Assembly: GCA_044869275.1 (NCBI GenBank)
Contig: JBIOXB010000139.1
Span: forward strand, 71,890-135,889
DNA from: a bacterium
Lineage (GTDB): Bacteria; Zhuqueibacterota; Zhuqueibacteria; Zhuqueibacterales; Zhuqueibacteraceae
Length of the DNA: 64,000 bases
Direction of reading: 5' to 3'
This document shows positions 39,784 through 49,117 of this stretch, piece by piece. Every line of letters begins with the position of its first letter. Positions within the stretch are counted from its first letter, which is position 1. The position numbers were made by a program, and so were the translations under genes. The notes beneath the pieces are model-generated. The model did not search any database. It was given only the letters and a program-made list of their open reading frames with translations, and had not been told where the DNA came from.

Positions 39784-41979
39784 TTATGCCTTCTGTTCAT
39801 TTTGCAAATTTTGCAGGCTCAAAAAATACAGCCGCAACACCTGCAACTCGTCATAGCTCACCTTTGCTTGCAAAGCCTCGAAGACCGGCTTCAGGAAATC
39901 CGCCCCCAGTTTTTCGAAAGCAGCCAGCGCGGCGCTGCGTTCCAGGGGATCGAGATAGGAATTTTCCAGGATACCCTCGGCGCGCAACACACGGCCTTGA
40001 CGGGCGCTTTTGTATAAATGCTCGAAAATGGTGCGCGGCGTGATTTCCAATTCGCGTGCCAAATCGGATACGGATTTTCCGCCGTTGAATGCTTCGGTAA
40101 TGAGTAAAGTTTTGGGAGTGAGCGCGGGTTCTGCCAGCGGCAATTTGCCCGCCGCGGCTTCTTTCGCCGTGCGCGATTTTTCCGTCAAACCCCGCTCGCG
40201 GCAGTAGCGTGAAATCTCCAGCAGGAAGGCCGTGCCATATTTTTCCAGCTTGGCTTCGCCCACGCCGTGAATGGCCCGCAGGCTGGTGCGGGCTTGCGGA
40301 AAATACGCCGCCATCTCGATCAAAGTTTTGTCCGGAAAAACGACGTAAGGCGGAACACCCTGTTCGTCCGCCAATTCTTTGCGCCGCTTGCGCAAAAGCT
40401 CGAACAGGTCGCGGTCATATTCCAGGCTCGTCTCTTTTTCCGCGCCATAATCCGCCTGCTCGGTTTGCACCGTGCCGAGAAATTTTTCCCGTCCGCGCAG
40501 CAGTTCAAAGGCCTGCGGCGTCAGGGCCAGGCCGCCGAATTCCAAATCCTGTTCCAGCAGTCCGTTTTGCAGGAACTGGCGGGCAAGATGAAGCCATTGT
40601 CTCTTGGAAAGCTCCTTGCCGATGCCGTACGTCGAGAGATTGGCATGGCCAAATTTCAGGACTTTTTCCGATTGCGAGCCGCGCAACACGTCGACAATGT
40701 GACTGGCCCCGAACCTCTGGCCGGTGCGCGAAACACAGGAGAGAAACTTTTGCGCGGCAATGGTCATATCCACCAGGTCTTGCTGCCCGGAAAGGCAATT
40801 GTCGCACGTGCCGCAGGGCACGTGCGTGAATTTCTCACCGAAGTAGGCAAGCAAAGGAATGCGGCGGCAAGACCGGCTTTCTGCATAGCCGAGCAAGACG
40901 TTGAGATGGTAGTTTGCGACCTGGCGTTCGCTTCCGCTTTTTTGATCGATGAGGAATCTGATTTTTGCAACATCCCCATAGCCGAGCAGTAGCAAACAAT
41001 GCGCGCGCAAGCCGTCGCGGCCGGCGCGGCCGATTTCCTGATAGTAAGACTCGAGGTTTTTGGGAAGGTCATAGTGGAGAACGAAACGCACGTTTGATTT
41101 ATTGATGCCCATGCCGAAGGCGATGGTTGCGACGATGATCTGAACGTCATCGCGGAGAAAGGCTTCCTGATTTTGCGTGCGCTCCAGATCGGATAAGCCG
41201 GCATGGTAAGGCCTCACGGCAAAGCCGTGCAATTTCAGCGCCGCGGCGAGATCGTCCACCTGTTTGCGTGAAAAACAATAGATAATGCCGGATTGGTCGG
41301 GATGTTGTTGCAGGAGCTCGAGGGTTTGGCGGAGCGGCTCGGTTTTGGGCGTGACGCGGAGAAAAAGATTGTCGCGGTTGAAGCTCGCCACAAACTGTTG
41401 CGCGGCGCTGAAATGCAGTGTGGCGCTGATATCTTGGCGCACGCGCTCGGTGGCCGTGGCGGTGAGCGCGACGCACACGGCCCGCGGAAAACGCGAGCGG
41501 CAGTCCACCAATTGGCGATACTCGGGCCGGAAATCATGCCCCCATTCGGAAATGCAATGCGCTTCGTCGATGGCGAGGCAATCGACCTGGAGGGAAGCGA
41601 GCAAAGCTAGAATACTGGTTTTTAATAAAGTTTCCGGCGCGACATAGAGCAGCTTGACTTCGCCGCCGCGCACTCGCGCGAGCGTGTGCTGGTATTCTTC
41701 CAGTGACAGCGAGCTGTTCAGAAAGACCGCGGGCACGCCGAGCTGCTGCAATTGCGCAACCTGATCTTTCATCAGCGAAATAAGCGGGGAGACCACGACG
41801 GTCAAGCCCTCGAACAGCAGCGCGGGAAGCTGGTAGCAAAGAGACTTTCCCCCGCCCGTCGGCATGATGACGAGCGTGTCCTTCTTTTGAATAACATTGC
41901 TCACAATTTCCGGTTGCAGCGGCCGGAACTCGTCATAACCAAAGACATCCTTGAGTAAGGTCTTTGCGCGTGCGATCAT
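39784..41979 (-). CDS. recQ: ATP-dependent DNA helicase RecQ
   Basis: MPTGGGKS, DEAHCISEWGHDFRP, TAT, QEIGRAGRDG, Zn cysteines, RQC and HRDC regions. Confidence 0.97.
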   Translation of the reverse strand: MIARAKTLLKDVFGYDEFRPLQPEIVSNVIQKKDTLVIMPTGGGKSLCYQLPALLFEGLTVVVSPLISLMKDQVAQLQQLGVPAVFLNSSLSLEEYQHTLARVRGGEVKLLYVAPETLLKTSILALLASLQVDCLAIDEAHCISEWGHDFRPEYRQLVDCRSRFPRAVCVALTATATERVRQDISATLHFSAAQQFVASFNRDNLFLRVTPKTEPLRQTLELLQQHPDQSGIIYCFSRKQVDDLAAALKLHGFAVRPYHAGLSDLERTQNQEAFLRDDVQIIVATIAFGMGINKSNVRFVLHYDLPKNLESYYQEIGRAGRDGLRAHCLLLLGYGDVAKIRFLIDQKSGSERQVANYHLNVLLGYAESRSCRRIPLLAYFGEKFTHVPCGTCDNCLSGQQDLVDMTIAAQKFLSCVSRTGQRFGASHIVDVLRGSQSEKVLKFGHANLSTYGIGKELSKRQWLHLARQFLQNGLLEQDLEFGGLALTPQAFELLRGREKFLGTVQTEQADYGAEKETSLEYDRDLFELLRKRRKELADEQGVPPYVVFPDKTLIEMAAYFPQARTSLRAIHGVGEAKLEKYGTAFLLEISRYCRERGLTEKSRTAKEAAAGKLPLAEPALTPKTLLITEAFNGGKSVSDLARELEITPRTIFEHLYKSARQGRVLRAEGILENSYLDPLERSAALAAFEKLGADFLKPVFEALQAKVSYDELQVLRLYFLSLQNLQNEQKA

Positions 41980-42174
41980 GAGACGCCCTTTATGCAGTGG
42001 CGGTCAAATATCGCAAAAAAAATCAAAAAAGACAACCGATCGTGGCAAAGGGGCAAAAACGCGCGTGGAAGGCGCTAATTTCTTGGTCTGTCAGGGTATT
42101 CATGTTTACAATGTCGTGGTGGTGTTTCTTTTTTCAGGATGCTGGAAAACTCTTTTGTAGTGTCATTGCACTTC

Positions 42175-42355
42175 CGACGTTTCAGAATTTTTCAAAAGCA
42201 GTTTTTTGTACTCTTTTGACCACGGATGACACAGATTAGGCGGATTTTCGCGGATTTTAGTGCTTCAGAAAAATCAGTGTGAATCCGCGTCATCCGCGTC
42301 ATCCGCGTTATCCGTGTTCTAAAAGAGTCTAATAAATGTCCTGTAAAAAGTCGCC
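42175..42355. mobile_element. MITE/REP-like element with 9-bp palindromic units
   Basis: CACGGATGA/GCGGATT arm pairs with tandem ATCCGCGTC units; homologous to 59534-59698 and 1795-1887. Confidence 0.75.
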
Positions 42356-42640
42356 CTTCGCGATCGAGCAGAAAATCGCGTCCCGCCCCTTTTGATTCTC
42401 ACGTTTCAGAAACTTCATTCCGGCCTTTTCCATGACGCGGAAAGAGGCAGCGTTTGGCGCATCGGCGCTGGCAAGGCTTCATCTCGAAGCATTGGGATAG
42501 CTTTCCTGAAAACATCGGAAGACAGAAAGATGGAGGACAGAAAAATGCTTGCCTTTTGCTCCACGCAGGCCTTCCGGATTTTTCAAACCCGGAAGGCCGC
42601 TGCGCATGCACATTTTTCGGATGCGATGATCAGTATTTGG

Positions 42641-43483
42641 CTATTCGCCTTTGGCCACCGGTACGCCGACAAGATTGCCCCACTCGGTCCAAGAACCGTC
42701 GTAGTTCTTTACGTTCTTGAAACCAAGTAGATATTTCAACACAAACCAGGTGTGGCTCGAGCGTTCGCCGATGCGGCAATAGGAAATTACCTCTTTGTCC
42801 AGCGTAATGCCCTTATTGCCGTAGAGTGCTTTCAAATCATCGAAACTTTTGAAAGTGCCATCTTCGTTGCAGGCCGTAGCCCAGGGAATATTTCTCGCGC
42901 CGGGAATGTGCCCGCCACGCTGGCAGGTTTCCGGCAGTCCGGGAGGCGAAAGGATTTTCCCGGTGAATTCATCCGCCGAGCGCACGTCAACCATGGCCAC
43001 GCCGTTTTTCATCGCCGCTTGCACCTGCGGCAGATACGCGCGCAGTGATTGATCCGGCGCGCTCGCTTTGTAACCGGCGGATTTCGGCGAGGACTTGTCC
43101 TTGCTCAGCTCACGGCCTTCGGCGATCCATTTCTTGCGGCCGCCGTCCATGATGCGAACGTCTTTGTGCCCGTAGATTTTCATCTGCCATAGCGCCCACG
43201 CTGCGAACCAGTTGTTGTTGTCGCCGTAAAGCACGACGATGGTATCGTTGGAAATGCCGCTGTCGCGCATCAGTTTTTCCATTTCGTTTTTAGGAATGAT
43301 GTCGCGCTGGACGGTATCACACAACTGCGTTTGCCAGTTCCAGCCGATGGCGCCCGGCACATGACCTTCGTCATACGCTTTGGTGTCAACGTCTACTTCG
43401 GCGACGACGACATTCGGATCGGTTTTGTGTTGGGCCACCCAGCCGGTGGAAACCAACATTTCGGGATTTGCATAACTCGACAT
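42641..43483 (-). CDS. Tandem-domain rhodanese / thiosulfate sulfurtransferase
   Basis: GHVPGA, DGG, DVRS, GHIPGA, YCRIGERS, YDGSWTEW; AAGGAGG RBS. Confidence 0.95.
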   Translation of the reverse strand: MSSYANPEMLVSTGWVAQHKTDPNVVVAEVDVDTKAYDEGHVPGAIGWNWQTQLCDTVQRDIIPKNEMEKLMRDSGISNDTIVVLYGDNNNWFAAWALWQMKIYGHKDVRIMDGGRKKWIAEGRELSKDKSSPKSAGYKASAPDQSLRAYLPQVQAAMKNGVAMVDVRSADEFTGKILSPPGLPETCQRGGHIPGARNIPWATACNEDGTFKSFDDLKALYGNKGITLDKEVISYCRIGERSSHTWFVLKYLLGFKNVKNYDGSWTEWGNLVGVPVAKGE

Positions 43484-43536
43484 GGTAACAACCTCCTTGG
43501 TTTAGGGTGAAATCTGTGTTTTCTCGACAAACATTC

Positions 43537-43575
43537 TGCAACCGCGAAGCAACGCTGCCGCCATTCGCGGTTGCA
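43537..43575. terminator. Stem-loop between the propeller gene and the sulfurtransferase gene
   Basis: TGCAACCGCGAA / TTCGCGGTTGCA 12-bp stem; no clear U-tract. Confidence 0.35.
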
Positions 43576-43643
43576 TGATTTTAAGGGATGACATCTCTGG
43601 TGGTGGTGTGGACCTAACGTTGCAGTTCTAAGGCGACAGTGCA

Positions 43644-46600
43644 TTAGCGCACCAACAAAATCTTCCGCGTCGCTGCGAATGTCGGCGTTGAGCCCGTCAC
43701 CAAATCTCCGGCGTGCATTCTGACGAAATAAACTCCGCTACCCAAGGCGCCGGCGTCGAAGCTCACGCGATAGACTCCCGCCGCCTTTTTTTCATGCACC
43801 AATGTTGCCACTTCCTTTCCCAAAACATCGTACACTTTCAAACTCACTTGCACGGGCGAGCCGAGGCCCGCTCCCACGGAATACTGAATGCTGGTCACGG
43901 GATTAAACGGGTTCGGGTAATTCTGTGACAACGCGAATGCAAGCGGCGCGGCCTCGACTCGCTCGTCCACGGCCGTCGGGGTCAAATTGATTTCATACAC
44001 TCCGAGCGCTGCGGCCGGGCCGTTTTGATTCGCCCCGGGATCGAGAAAGCCCGAGAGCATGAGTACGACATAGCCGTTGGTACTGTTCGAAATGTCGAAC
44101 GCGTGGGCGCCGAGGTCAAGTTTATCGCTGCTGCGGAGAAGACGCACACGATAGCCGCCCGCAGGGAGACTGATGGGCTGGCTCGCCGCGCCGTAATTCA
44201 GATGCGACGCCAGCGTGTCACCATTCACCGTCACGAGATCAACCGCCGGTGCATCCGTCACCGTGTGCACGAACACCGTGTGCACTTCATTGGCGTTACT
44301 GCTGAGGATCGCCAAATCTTGCAAGAGCACGCTTTCGCGAATGGACAAACCTTCGGGGTTGGGCGCGTAGGCCGTGGTGTCATTCACACCGAAGAGAATG
44401 AGCGCCTGCGGATTTTCGCTGCTCACCACCAAACTGTCAAACTTTGCGACCTGGGAGTTGGGATTCTCAACATCGAAAAGAGAAAGCGAGAAAGGCGCGA
44501 GATATGGCAAGAGCGGCAGCTCAGCGGACTCGCGGAAACCGAGATCGTCGAAAATCAAATCATCCGCAAGGCTGGAATTTTTACCGAGGCCGGAGTTGCA
44601 TGGACCATATCCGCCGCTCACCGCTACAACGCCACGCGTGCGGCGCCCACCGCCGGAGCCGTTGCGGCTGCTCGAACCCTGAATCACGGTCGTATGCCCG
44701 CGACTCAAAAATGGCCGCTCGTATTTCCACTTTGCCAGGGCGCGCGCGTCTTTGTTGCCGGCAAGGTTGAATTTGCCGCCGACGAATAGAACCTCGGTTT
44801 TATTATTTCGCGGGCAGGGCCATACCGACGCGATCGCATTGACCACATCGTTCGTGCCGCTGCCGAGTGCGTCCCATTCCGAAATCACGCCCGCTGCATA
44901 CGTGCGCTCGAACACGGCGATGTGATTCGCCGGCTTCACCACGCCGTTGCTGTTGACCGCTTCCGTAAATTCGCCACCGAGATAAAATTGCGTGTGATCA
45001 TACGAGGGCACGATCGCCGTCACCGCACCGTTCACGCCTCTGCCGAGCGGTCGCCAATCTCCATAATACCACATCGCGATGCGATCAATGTTGACAAGCA
45101 TGCCATTGTCATCAACGCCGGTGCGAAAGCGTCCGCCAACATAGAGCGGCGAATAATAATCGCGGCCGGACAACGCGAGCGCGCGCACCTCATCATCAAC
45201 GCCGTTACCCATCGCCCGCCAATGGTTGTCATAACCATCCCATAACATGAGATTGCGGCAAAACACCTTGCCGCCGTTGGTATTTGTGGCCTCGGTGAAT
45301 CTGCCGCCGACGTACACGCTTCTCCAAAAGCGCGGCGAGGATAGGTTGCCGCCCAAACCCACCGCCAGCGCGCGTACTTCCGGCATGAACTGGCCATCGA
45401 TTCCGCCGCCGAGCGCTTCCCAACGTTGCGAGGAAAAGCCCCAGCGCGCAATGCGATTCACGACCGGGCCATTGACGACTTGCGTAAACGCACCACCGGC
45501 ATAAAGCTCGTATCCGGAAACCTCCATCGCATAGACCACGCTATTCAAGCCACCGCCGACGGGAAGCCAGCGCTTTTGCGTGTGGTCCCAAAACGCGATA
45601 TTTGAAACGCTCACCGTGCTGCCATCGGGATTGATGGCGGTTGAAAACGCGCCGCCCACAAACGCGCCGGGCTGATTGAAGCTGATCGGCACAATGGCAT
45701 GCACCGGACCGTTGACACCGCCGCCGAGCGCGTCCCAATTTGTGCCGTCGAAGCGCGCGACGTTGCTCGCGGGATGGCCTTCGATGCTCGTGAAATTTCC
45801 GCCGACGTAGAGCGCGCCGGGAAAACCTCGATCATCCGCGGCGAGCGCGAATACTTCGCCGGCCGCGCCGAAGGCAATCAAATCGAGCCAGCGCCGGCCA
45901 TCCCAGCGTGCGTTGTTGGCCGCTTGAACCGTGTTGATGATCGCCGGACTGTAAAAATCGCTAAACTGTCCGCCCACGTAAAGAAATTCCGCCGGATACC
46001 TCGGACTGGCCGCAATGAGCGAAGGGCTGGGGAATCCGCTTTTATACAACAGCGTCGTCCACGCCGTGCCGTTCCATGCGTCCACGATTTTGAGCCTCAC
46101 ATCGACGACGTACATGAGATAAATTTTTCCGGCGCCATCGACCGCGAGATCGTTGACTAAAAAAGACGGAACCATCGTAGCGAGTCTGCGCCATTGGCCG
46201 GCTTCCCAATAAACCAAAGGGCCGGCGACGCTCGTGCCATTGTCATTCACGGCAGCGCCGATGTCGCCGGCCACGTAAACACGATTCGAGTTGTCGATGG
46301 CGATGCCGGCAACTCTTTCGCCGTTAGCCGGACTATCAGTCAAGCCTTGACCCAATGTGGACCAACTCGCGCCGTTCCAGCGCGCCACGTAATTCGCGTT
46401 GACCTGCACGCGTCCGGGATTATACACGCCGGTGAAATCGCCGCCCACGAAAACGTTGTCATTCCCATCAACCGCGAGCGCTGTGACCGCGTTGCTGCCG
46501 GTGTTTACCACGCCTTCACCGAGCGGCTCCCAAACGGATTGCGCGGCGTTCCATTTGCCGATGCGCCAAATGCTAACTTGCGCGCCATCGGGATTGTAGC

Positions 46601-47120
46601 CGCGGGTCAAATTCCCGCCGACGTAAACATCGTTATTGCCGTCAATCGCGAGCGCGAACACGTCGTCATCAACGCCGCGGCCCAATGCCTCCCATTTGCC
46701 CGCGGTATGATTCCACTTCGCAATATTCAGCACATCGACTTCGCTGCCGTCGCTGTTGCGGACGATTTCGAACAAACCGCCGAGATAGACGTCGCCTTGC
46801 GCGTCGACGGCAATCGCATTCGCGCGGCCGCCGGAAAAGCGGTCGCCGAGAATGTGCCATTGATTGCCGCTCCATTTGGCGACGCGCAACGACAGGATGC
46901 CGTCGTCTTGAATGCTACCGGCGATATAAACATTGCCTTGAGCATCGACGCATGCCGCGTCCGCGCCATACTCCACCGGCCCGGCGCTGCCGGTGAGATA
47001 CTTTTGCCAAAATGCGTCGCGGCGTCCGGTGGGTTGCGCCTGGCTCATTCGCGCCGAGGTCAGGATGGAAAATACCGTCAAGAAGAGCAGCGCCAAAGGG
47101 AAACTGCTTTTGTCACTCAT
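43644..47120 (-). CDS. Secreted beta-propeller repeat protein (Rax2-like blades) plus DUF4397-like domain and T9SS type-A-like tail
   Basis: Repeated YVGGxF...IAxW...WxxLGxG blades; FVHTVTDAPAVDL; LSQNYPNPFNP...SGVYF. Confidence 0.85.
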   Translation of the reverse strand: MSDKSSFPLALLFLTVFSILTSARMSQAQPTGRRDAFWQKYLTGSAGPVEYGADAACVDAQGNVYIAGSIQDDGILSLRVAKWSGNQWHILGDRFSGGRANAIAVDAQGDVYLGGLFEIVRNSDGSEVDVLNIAKWNHTAGKWEALGRGVDDDVFALAIDGNNDVYVGGNLTRGYNPDGAQVSIWRIGKWNAAQSVWEPLGEGVVNTGSNAVTALAVDGNDNVFVGGDFTGVYNPGRVQVNANYVARWNGASWSTLGQGLTDSPANGERVAGIAIDNSNRVYVAGDIGAAVNDNGTSVAGPLVYWEAGQWRRLATMVPSFLVNDLAVDGAGKIYLMYVVDVRLKIVDAWNGTAWTTLLYKSGFPSPSLIAASPRYPAEFLYVGGQFSDFYSPAIINTVQAANNARWDGRRWLDLIAFGAAGEVFALAADDRGFPGALYVGGNFTSIEGHPASNVARFDGTNWDALGGGVNGPVHAIVPISFNQPGAFVGGAFSTAINPDGSTVSVSNIAFWDHTQKRWLPVGGGLNSVVYAMEVSGYELYAGGAFTQVVNGPVVNRIARWGFSSQRWEALGGGIDGQFMPEVRALAVGLGGNLSSPRFWRSVYVGGRFTEATNTNGGKVFCRNLMLWDGYDNHWRAMGNGVDDEVRALALSGRDYYSPLYVGGRFRTGVDDNGMLVNIDRIAMWYYGDWRPLGRGVNGAVTAIVPSYDHTQFYLGGEFTEAVNSNGVVKPANHIAVFERTYAAGVISEWDALGSGTNDVVNAIASVWPCPRNNKTEVLFVGGKFNLAGNKDARALAKWKYERPFLSRGHTTVIQGSSSRNGSGGGRRTRGVVAVSGGYGPCNSGLGKNSSLADDLIFDDLGFRESAELPLLPYLAPFSLSLFDVENPNSQVAKFDSLVVSSENPQALILFGVNDTTAYAPNPEGLSIRESVLLQDLAILSSNANEVHTVFVHTVTDAPAVDLVTVNGDTLASHLNYGAASQPISLPAGGYRVRLLRSSDKLDLGAHAFDISNSTNGYVVLMLSGFLDPGANQNGPAAALGVYEINLTPTAVDERVEAAPLAFALSQNYPNPFNPVTSIQYSVGAGLGSPVQVSLKVYDVLGKEVATLVHEKKAAGVYRVSFDAGALGSGVYFVRMHAGDLVTGSTPTFAATRKILLVR

Positions 47121-47270
47121 GGAGGACCTCCTATTTGACGACAACGCCATGCTTTACCTTTGTCGCGCTGCGTCTTTAGTCCAATGATTTCAAGAGTAAA
47201 ACCGACAAATCAAAACAAAAACCAGATGCAGCCTTTAGGGCTGGGTCTGCTCGTGGCCACTACTTACATG

Positions 47271-47948
47271 TTACCGTCCGACTGGAAGAGTGATGCCCGC
47301 CATCACTTGAACGCCGCTGGTCTTGATCGTTGATTCGCCATCCTCCGGGTTGTCATTGATATCGGTCAATCCCAGGGTGTAGCGGCCTTGAACAAAAATC
47401 TCGCTTTTTCCTGCGGGAAAACTCACTCCCGCGCCAAAACCGACGCCGAAATCAAGACTCTTCGTTTGATCCTTGAAATCCTCATCAACCTCCAGATTGA
47501 AGCCCGAGGCTGAGATGGAACCTGTTTGCTTCGCGCTTAAGCGGAAACCGATCACAGGCCCGGCCATGAGATAAGAATTGGCGGCGCCTGTACTCATCGC
47601 CAACTTCAACATCGCCGGAACCTCCAAATAGCTGAGTTTGGCTTTGATATTCACATTGAAGCTCAGACTGGAATCAATTTCGGCATCACTAAAGCTGCCT
47701 TCCAGCCTGGCGCCTTTTTGTAAATACATCGGCTCCAATTGCACGGCAAAATTTTCCGAGAGGCGAATTTGAACCACGCCGCCGGCGCCGAAAGCCGTGA
47801 AAGAGGAAGGGTCGGGCTCCAACGCCGGCTCAACGCTGAGGCTCGCCAGATTCAGGCCACTCATCACGCCTAACCGCACTTGTGCCTGCGCGGGCATCAC
47901 CAAGCCGAGGGCGCACAGAAATACAACCCAAAAGCCTAACTTCTTCAT
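47271..47948 (-). CDS. Outer membrane beta-barrel (PorT/porin-like)
   Basis: Signal peptide, GLNLAS, EPMYLQKG, YLEVP, DFG, RYTLGL amphipathic strands. Confidence 0.85.
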   Translation of the reverse strand: MKKLGFWVVFLCALGLVMPAQAQVRLGVMSGLNLASLSVEPALEPDPSSFTAFGAGGVVQIRLSENFAVQLEPMYLQKGARLEGSFSDAEIDSSLSFNVNIKAKLSYLEVPAMLKLAMSTGAANSYLMAGPVIGFRLSAKQTGSISASGFNLEVDEDFKDQTKSLDFGVGFGAGVSFPAGKSEIFVQGRYTLGLTDINDNPEDGESTIKTSGVQVMAGITLPVGR

Positions 47949-48022
47949 GATAACCTCCGTGATTTGATAAAAATCAGCGATCGTTTACATCGCCGCTGGG
48001 TTCATTCAGTCTCGTAACGATC

Positions 48023-48556
48023 TTATTTGTCGGCACGAGCAGTTTGAAAAAAATTTTCTGATTTCTGATCGAGAAATATTAGAAAGTCGGTCGCCACCGG
48101 CACAGCGCCAAGCTGCCGCAGCATCGTTGTCACTTGGCCGCGATGATAGGTGGAATGATTCACCAGATGCTGCATCATGTGCTGGAGCGGATAATGCCAG
48201 GTTTCGCCCTGAATATTCTCGTAGGCGACCATTTTCCTCAGCGACACTTCCGTCACGCCGCGCACGAAATCCATTTGCTCGCGCTCGATTTCATCCCACT
48301 TTGCTCGCAATGCCGCGAGGCTGGTAAAATCCGCCGGATCGAACATGGACTTGGGCGACTGGCCTTGCCAGCGCTTCAGCCATATCCACTCGCCCGACGC
48401 GAGGTGCACGAGCGTGTCACGTACGGAGCGGTGGCTGCTCCCGAGGTCGCGGGTGAATTGCTCGGCGCTGAAAGCCGACGCGGCCTCGCACAGGCGAACA
48501 TTCGCCCAGCGGTTGTATTCGTACAGCAGTTGAAAGTCGTTCTTGTTCATACTCAT
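48023..48556 (-). CDS. DinB family protein
   Basis: YNRWAN, SVRDTLVH, HLVNHSTYHRGQ. Confidence 0.93.
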   Translation of the reverse strand: MSMNKNDFQLLYEYNRWANVRLCEAASAFSAEQFTRDLGSSHRSVRDTLVHLASGEWIWLKRWQGQSPKSMFDPADFTSLAALRAKWDEIEREQMDFVRGVTEVSLRKMVAYENIQGETWHYPLQHMMQHLVNHSTYHRGQVTTMLRQLGAVPVATDFLIFLDQKSENFFQTARADK

Positions 48557-48743
48557 TCCTAATTTGTTCTCTGCTTTGATTCCACGTGCACAATTTAGTT
48601 GTCATGCGCGAAGCTTTCAACTCCATGAGCATGTAGGCCAGCGATATTTTTGTTTACCTCCAGGCCCAAAGCGCAGAACCCCCTGTACACGTGCTCCTCA
48701 TGCGCGTTATACTTACTAAGGATGGAGAATTAAATATCTATTC

Positions 48744-48830
48744 CATTTCTCAAACCGCGAATGAACGCTGATAAACGCGAATTGAGAACATATTAGCGTA
48801 CATTCGCGTTTATTAGCGGTTTCGGAAAAT
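48744..48830. repeat. REP-like palindrome with 9-bp units
   Basis: AAACCGCGAATGAACGCTGATAAACGCGAA answered by TTAGCGTACATTCGCGTTTATTAGCGGTTT. Confidence 0.65.
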
Positions 48831-49117
48831 GGGCAAATTATTTAAACGGCGATCCTAAGCACAATTTTCAGAAGCCAATCGTTTCACACAGGCCAATGCA
48901 AACTGCTTGAGTGCTGACCGAAAGATAAAAAAATTTTGCAGGAAAGCCTGACACGTACGTTTCAAAAGCGGGCAATGACGTTACATTTATGAAAACTTTC
49001 GCGTAGAATTGCGCGTGCAGCGTTTTTGGCAATGGAATGGCGTTGAACTTTCCGCATGAATTCGGTACATTCAAAAAAACTGCTCGCCTCATTTTGACTG
49101 GACATGGGAGCCGGAAT

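Noticed and set aside
43484..43643. SAM riboswitch ahead of the sulfurtransferase
   Set aside because: No SAM-I core motifs recognised; only a single hairpin.
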